Notes under the pieces: generated by a model
Database searches by the model: none
Seen by the model: the letters and a program-made list of their open reading frames with translations, nothing else
Told to the model about the DNA's origin: nothing
Part shown: positions 61,243-64,000 of the stretch, one piece after another
How positions within the stretch are numbered: position 1 is the stretch's first letter
How the letters are laid out: each line of letters begins with the position of its first letter
Position numbers and translations under genes: made by a program
Assembly: GCA_964016885.1 (NCBI GenBank)
Contig: OZ024741.1
Location: 47,430,001-47,494,000 of the forward strand
DNA length: 64,000 bases
From: Eledone cirrhosa
Lineage: Eukaryota
Direction of reading: 5' to 3'

Positions 61243-61693
61243 TGGAATTTAGTCAAGCATATCAAAACCAGTATTTAATTTTTCAAAGCTGGTATTTATT
61301 TCATCAATCTCTCTTTTGTCAAACTACAAGGTTATGGGATATATACAGAGACACGAACACAAGCATAGACACAGGGACACATACATACTCTCAGGTCTTG
61401 AATAATCATTCCCTCTACCCCTCCTTAGTAATTTTTCAGATTGTTCTCTCAATGTGTAAACTAAATGACTAATTATGGTTTTTAAAAAGTTCAACGGAGA
61501 CAACTTAGAAAAATTACCTCTTATTCCAAGCTTCTTCTTATTTGGTACCCAAGAGTATCTACAATGGTCTTTTACAGTTCCTCTCTACCAAAATTCCTCT
61601 CAAGACATTTGTCACTCCAAAGTAGTGGGACTGAACCCAGAATTAAGTAAACTCCTTAACCGTGAAGCCATACCCGCTGCATGGTTAAGGAGT

Positions 61694-61893
61694 TTAACCC
61701 TTTAGCATTTAAATCGGCCATATCTGGCGAGAATTCTCTCACCTCTTTCTGTTCAAACCAGCTGTAACCAACTGTTAAGGTATTGTTCTCAAAATAAATA
61801 TCAAATCGTGTAGATTCAATGTTATGTGAGATAAAGTGTTTACCATGAAAATACAATAGTAAATATAGAGTAATGTAAATGCTAAAGGGTTAA
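61694..61893. mobile_element. TTAA MITE family 1, ending ~40 bp upstream of the SPG21 exon acceptor
   Basis: TTAA-ccctttagcattta ... taaatgctaaaggg-TTAA, perfect TIRs. Confidence 0.88.
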
Positions 61894-61934
61894 AACATAT
61901 TTTACTGCCATGTCTCTTTGTTATTGTTTTGTAG

Positions 61935-62015
61935 GTTGATTATCCTGTCTATTGGAATTTGAGAGAAATATGTGAAGGATTTCAAAAACTTCTAGATCAC
62001 CTGCAACTTGATAAG
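61935..62015 (+). CDS. SPG21: Maspardin (SPG21) third coding exon, [27 protein letters not shown]; gene continues beyond window
   Basis: 81 nt exon with ttttgtAG acceptor and GTAAAA donor. Matches recalled maspardin [27 protein letters not shown] and stays in frame with the two upstream exons. Confidence 0.95.
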
Positions 62016-62105
62016 GTAAAAATAAATACTTCACAACCATATTTAAAAAAAAAAATTTTATTAAAAAAATTGAGAAAATTTTATTTAAAATATAAATTAT
62101 ATTTA

Positions 62106-62245
62106 TAATTGTTTCTACTTTTGGCACAAGGCCAGCAAATACCCAGTGCATTACTGGTACTTTATTTTATCGACCCCGTAAGGATGAAAGGCAAAGTTAA
62201 CCTCAGTGGGATTTGAACTCAGAATGGCAAGGGCCGTAACTCTAC
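62106..62245 (-). mobile_element. SINE family B fragment (second partial copy at ~62345-62440)
   Basis: Matches 35775-35910. Confidence 0.85.
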
Positions 62246-62689
62246 GTCAAAGATTATATTTATAATGTCAGAATGACAAAAAAAAAACGGAGGAGAATAG
62301 GGTTGGGGGTGAAAACTCTTCATGCACTCATGGCAAGATGGCATATCAACCCTATAAGGATGAAAGGCAGATCTAACCTCAGTGGGATTTAAACTCAGAA
62401 TATAAAGGGCCGTAACTCTATGCTGCGAAGCAGGGTGTCTGAGAGAAAGGGGTATTTACAACTGGTGTTCCATGAAAAAATTCATTTAAATAAAGATGTT
62501 CTTGGTAACAAAAAGGTTTAGGGAACCACTGATCTATAATGATTTGCTTTGAAAATGAAACTTCAATGAAGAGGAGGAGTTCCATGTCTTTTATGGCTTA
62601 TTAACTGGTGAGTGTTGTGGTTGTAAGGAAAAGTCTCATTACAGCTAATACGAGGGTAGGCTTTAAGGTTCAAAGGCTGACTACAAAGG

Positions 62690-62973
62690 AGTGATGCTAG
62701 AGCTGTGAAATCTTGCATGTATTAATTTCAACTATTTTCATTAATAACTGCATTATTTCTTTCCAGGGTCTATGATGAAAAACAAACATCATTTGGTTAT
62801 TCCATGAGAGTATTTTGGTCTGCCTATGAAGGAATGATGTTACAGCTGTGAAATCTTGCATGCATTAATTTCAACTCCTCTTACTAATAACTGCATTATT
62901 TCTTTCCAAGGTCTATGATGAAAAATAAACCTCATTTGGTCATTCCATGAGAGTATCTTGATCAGCCTATGAA
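62690..62973. repeat. Tandem duplication, ~143 bp unit x2
   Basis: agctgtgaaatcttgcatg...gcctatgaa at 62701 and 62844. Confidence 0.9.
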
Positions 62974-63279
62974 TTTTTCAGCCAATCCTGTTACTTCATA
63001 CCCTCAGTCCATGTAATATTCAATGTTGGCATATAATCTCTCACAGGTAGCTTGTCCAACAGAAGGAATTGAACTTGGTATTGCAGATCAATGAGTAAGA
63101 ATATTATTGACTCTACCAGTGATCTCCAATCTTTTTTTCACTATATGAACTCCAAATATTACTGAGAAATTTATAAAAAAAAGAAAGAAGCTTTAAACCC
63201 GATATTTCTCCAATATTACAGAGAGTCTTATAATGACTCCTTGAAATTGATATTTCACAATATGAATCCCCCAAAACCT

Positions 63280-63512
63280 TTAACCCATTAGCATTTATAT
63301 TACTCTATATTTATATTTAGTATTATATTTTCACGGTAAACGCTTTATCTCACATAATATCTCACAATATTGTATCTATGAGATCTTGATATAATTTATA
63401 TCTTGAGAACAATACTTTAACATCAGTATGAGTGGCCAGTTACATTTGGTTTCAACAGAAAGTGGTGAGAGAATTCTGGCCGGATATGGCTGGTTTAAAT
63501 GCTAAAGTTTAA
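63280..63512. mobile_element. TTAA MITE family 1 (reverse orientation to 61694-61893)
   Basis: ttaacccattagcattta ... taaatgctaaagtttaa. Confidence 0.8.
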
Positions 63513-63593
63513 TACTTCATATTACAAACCTCAAATATTACTGAAAAACTTAAAGAATATTTAAGCTTGATATTTCACAATAGAAATAATATA

Positions 63594-64000
63594 TCATCAT
63601 CATCACCATTTAACATCCATTTTTCCACACTAGCATGAGTTAGATAAGTTGTCCCAATGTGAGATATAGGCCAGGTCAGATGACCATGTCTTGCTCATTC
63701 AGAACTGTTATTGGCTTGGTATCTATGGCTGGATGTCCTTCCTAACGCCAACCACATTTACAGTGTGTATTAGGTGCTTTTCTGTCGTTGACACCTACAC
63801 GACCACTTTACAGTGTAGGCTTGGCACTTTTTGTCGTGACACCTACACAACTACTTTACATTTTGGGCTGGGTGCTTTTTGTTGTGAAACCTACATGACC
63901 ACTTTACAGTATGGGCCGGGTGCTTTTTGTTGTGATACCTACACGACCACTTTATAGTGTTGGCTGGGTACTCTTTGTTGTGACACCTACATGACCACTT
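63594..64000 (-). mobile_element. RTE-3'UTR-like module with expanded 48-bp tandem array (runs off window)
   Basis: catcat tail and ggatgtccttcctaacgcc, then at least 4.5 units of gacacctacacgaccactttacagtgtaggcttggcactttttgtcgt. Confidence 0.85.

Noticed and set aside
62770-62830. C/D box snoRNA (ATGATGA C-box)
   Set aside because: No matching CTGA D-box or terminal stem in either copy.
63755-64000. CRISPR-like array
   Set aside because: Contiguous diverged tandem units with no unique spacers, derived from a retroelement tail in eukaryotic DNA.

Overview
This is AT-rich, microsatellite-dense animal genomic DNA. The repeat landscape resembles that of coleoid cephalopods/octopods (inferred from the repeat types, not confirmed). 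One host gene can be supported: maspardin (SPG21) on the + strand. Its three short phase-0 coding exons (30245-30307, 45000-45161, 61935-62015) are absent from the ORF track, and the gene continues past the window end. Nearly all long ORFs belong to decayed non-LTR retrotransposons. These are three related RTE-clade LINE subfamilies carrying a PHD-type C4HC3 finger inside the RT domain, other RTE families, CR1 3' ends, CRE-like restriction-endonuclease-domain fragments and a Jockey/I-like RT relic. The window also has two tRNA-headed SINE families, Tc1/mariner, TTAA-flanked and hAT-like MITEs, Helitron/Helentron relics, and many Penelope-like terminal remnants with type I hammerhead-ribozyme-like motifs and fold-back inverted repeats. 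The most notable observations are: the hammerhead/fold-back repertoire; a chimeric SINE joined at a 5-nt microhomology from two different RTE tails; the conserved PHD finger in the RT; a scrambled, inverted Helitron helicase; and candidate regulatory features of SPG21 (start-stop uORF, poison exon, inverted repeats flanking exons). Repeat boundaries are read by eye and approximate.
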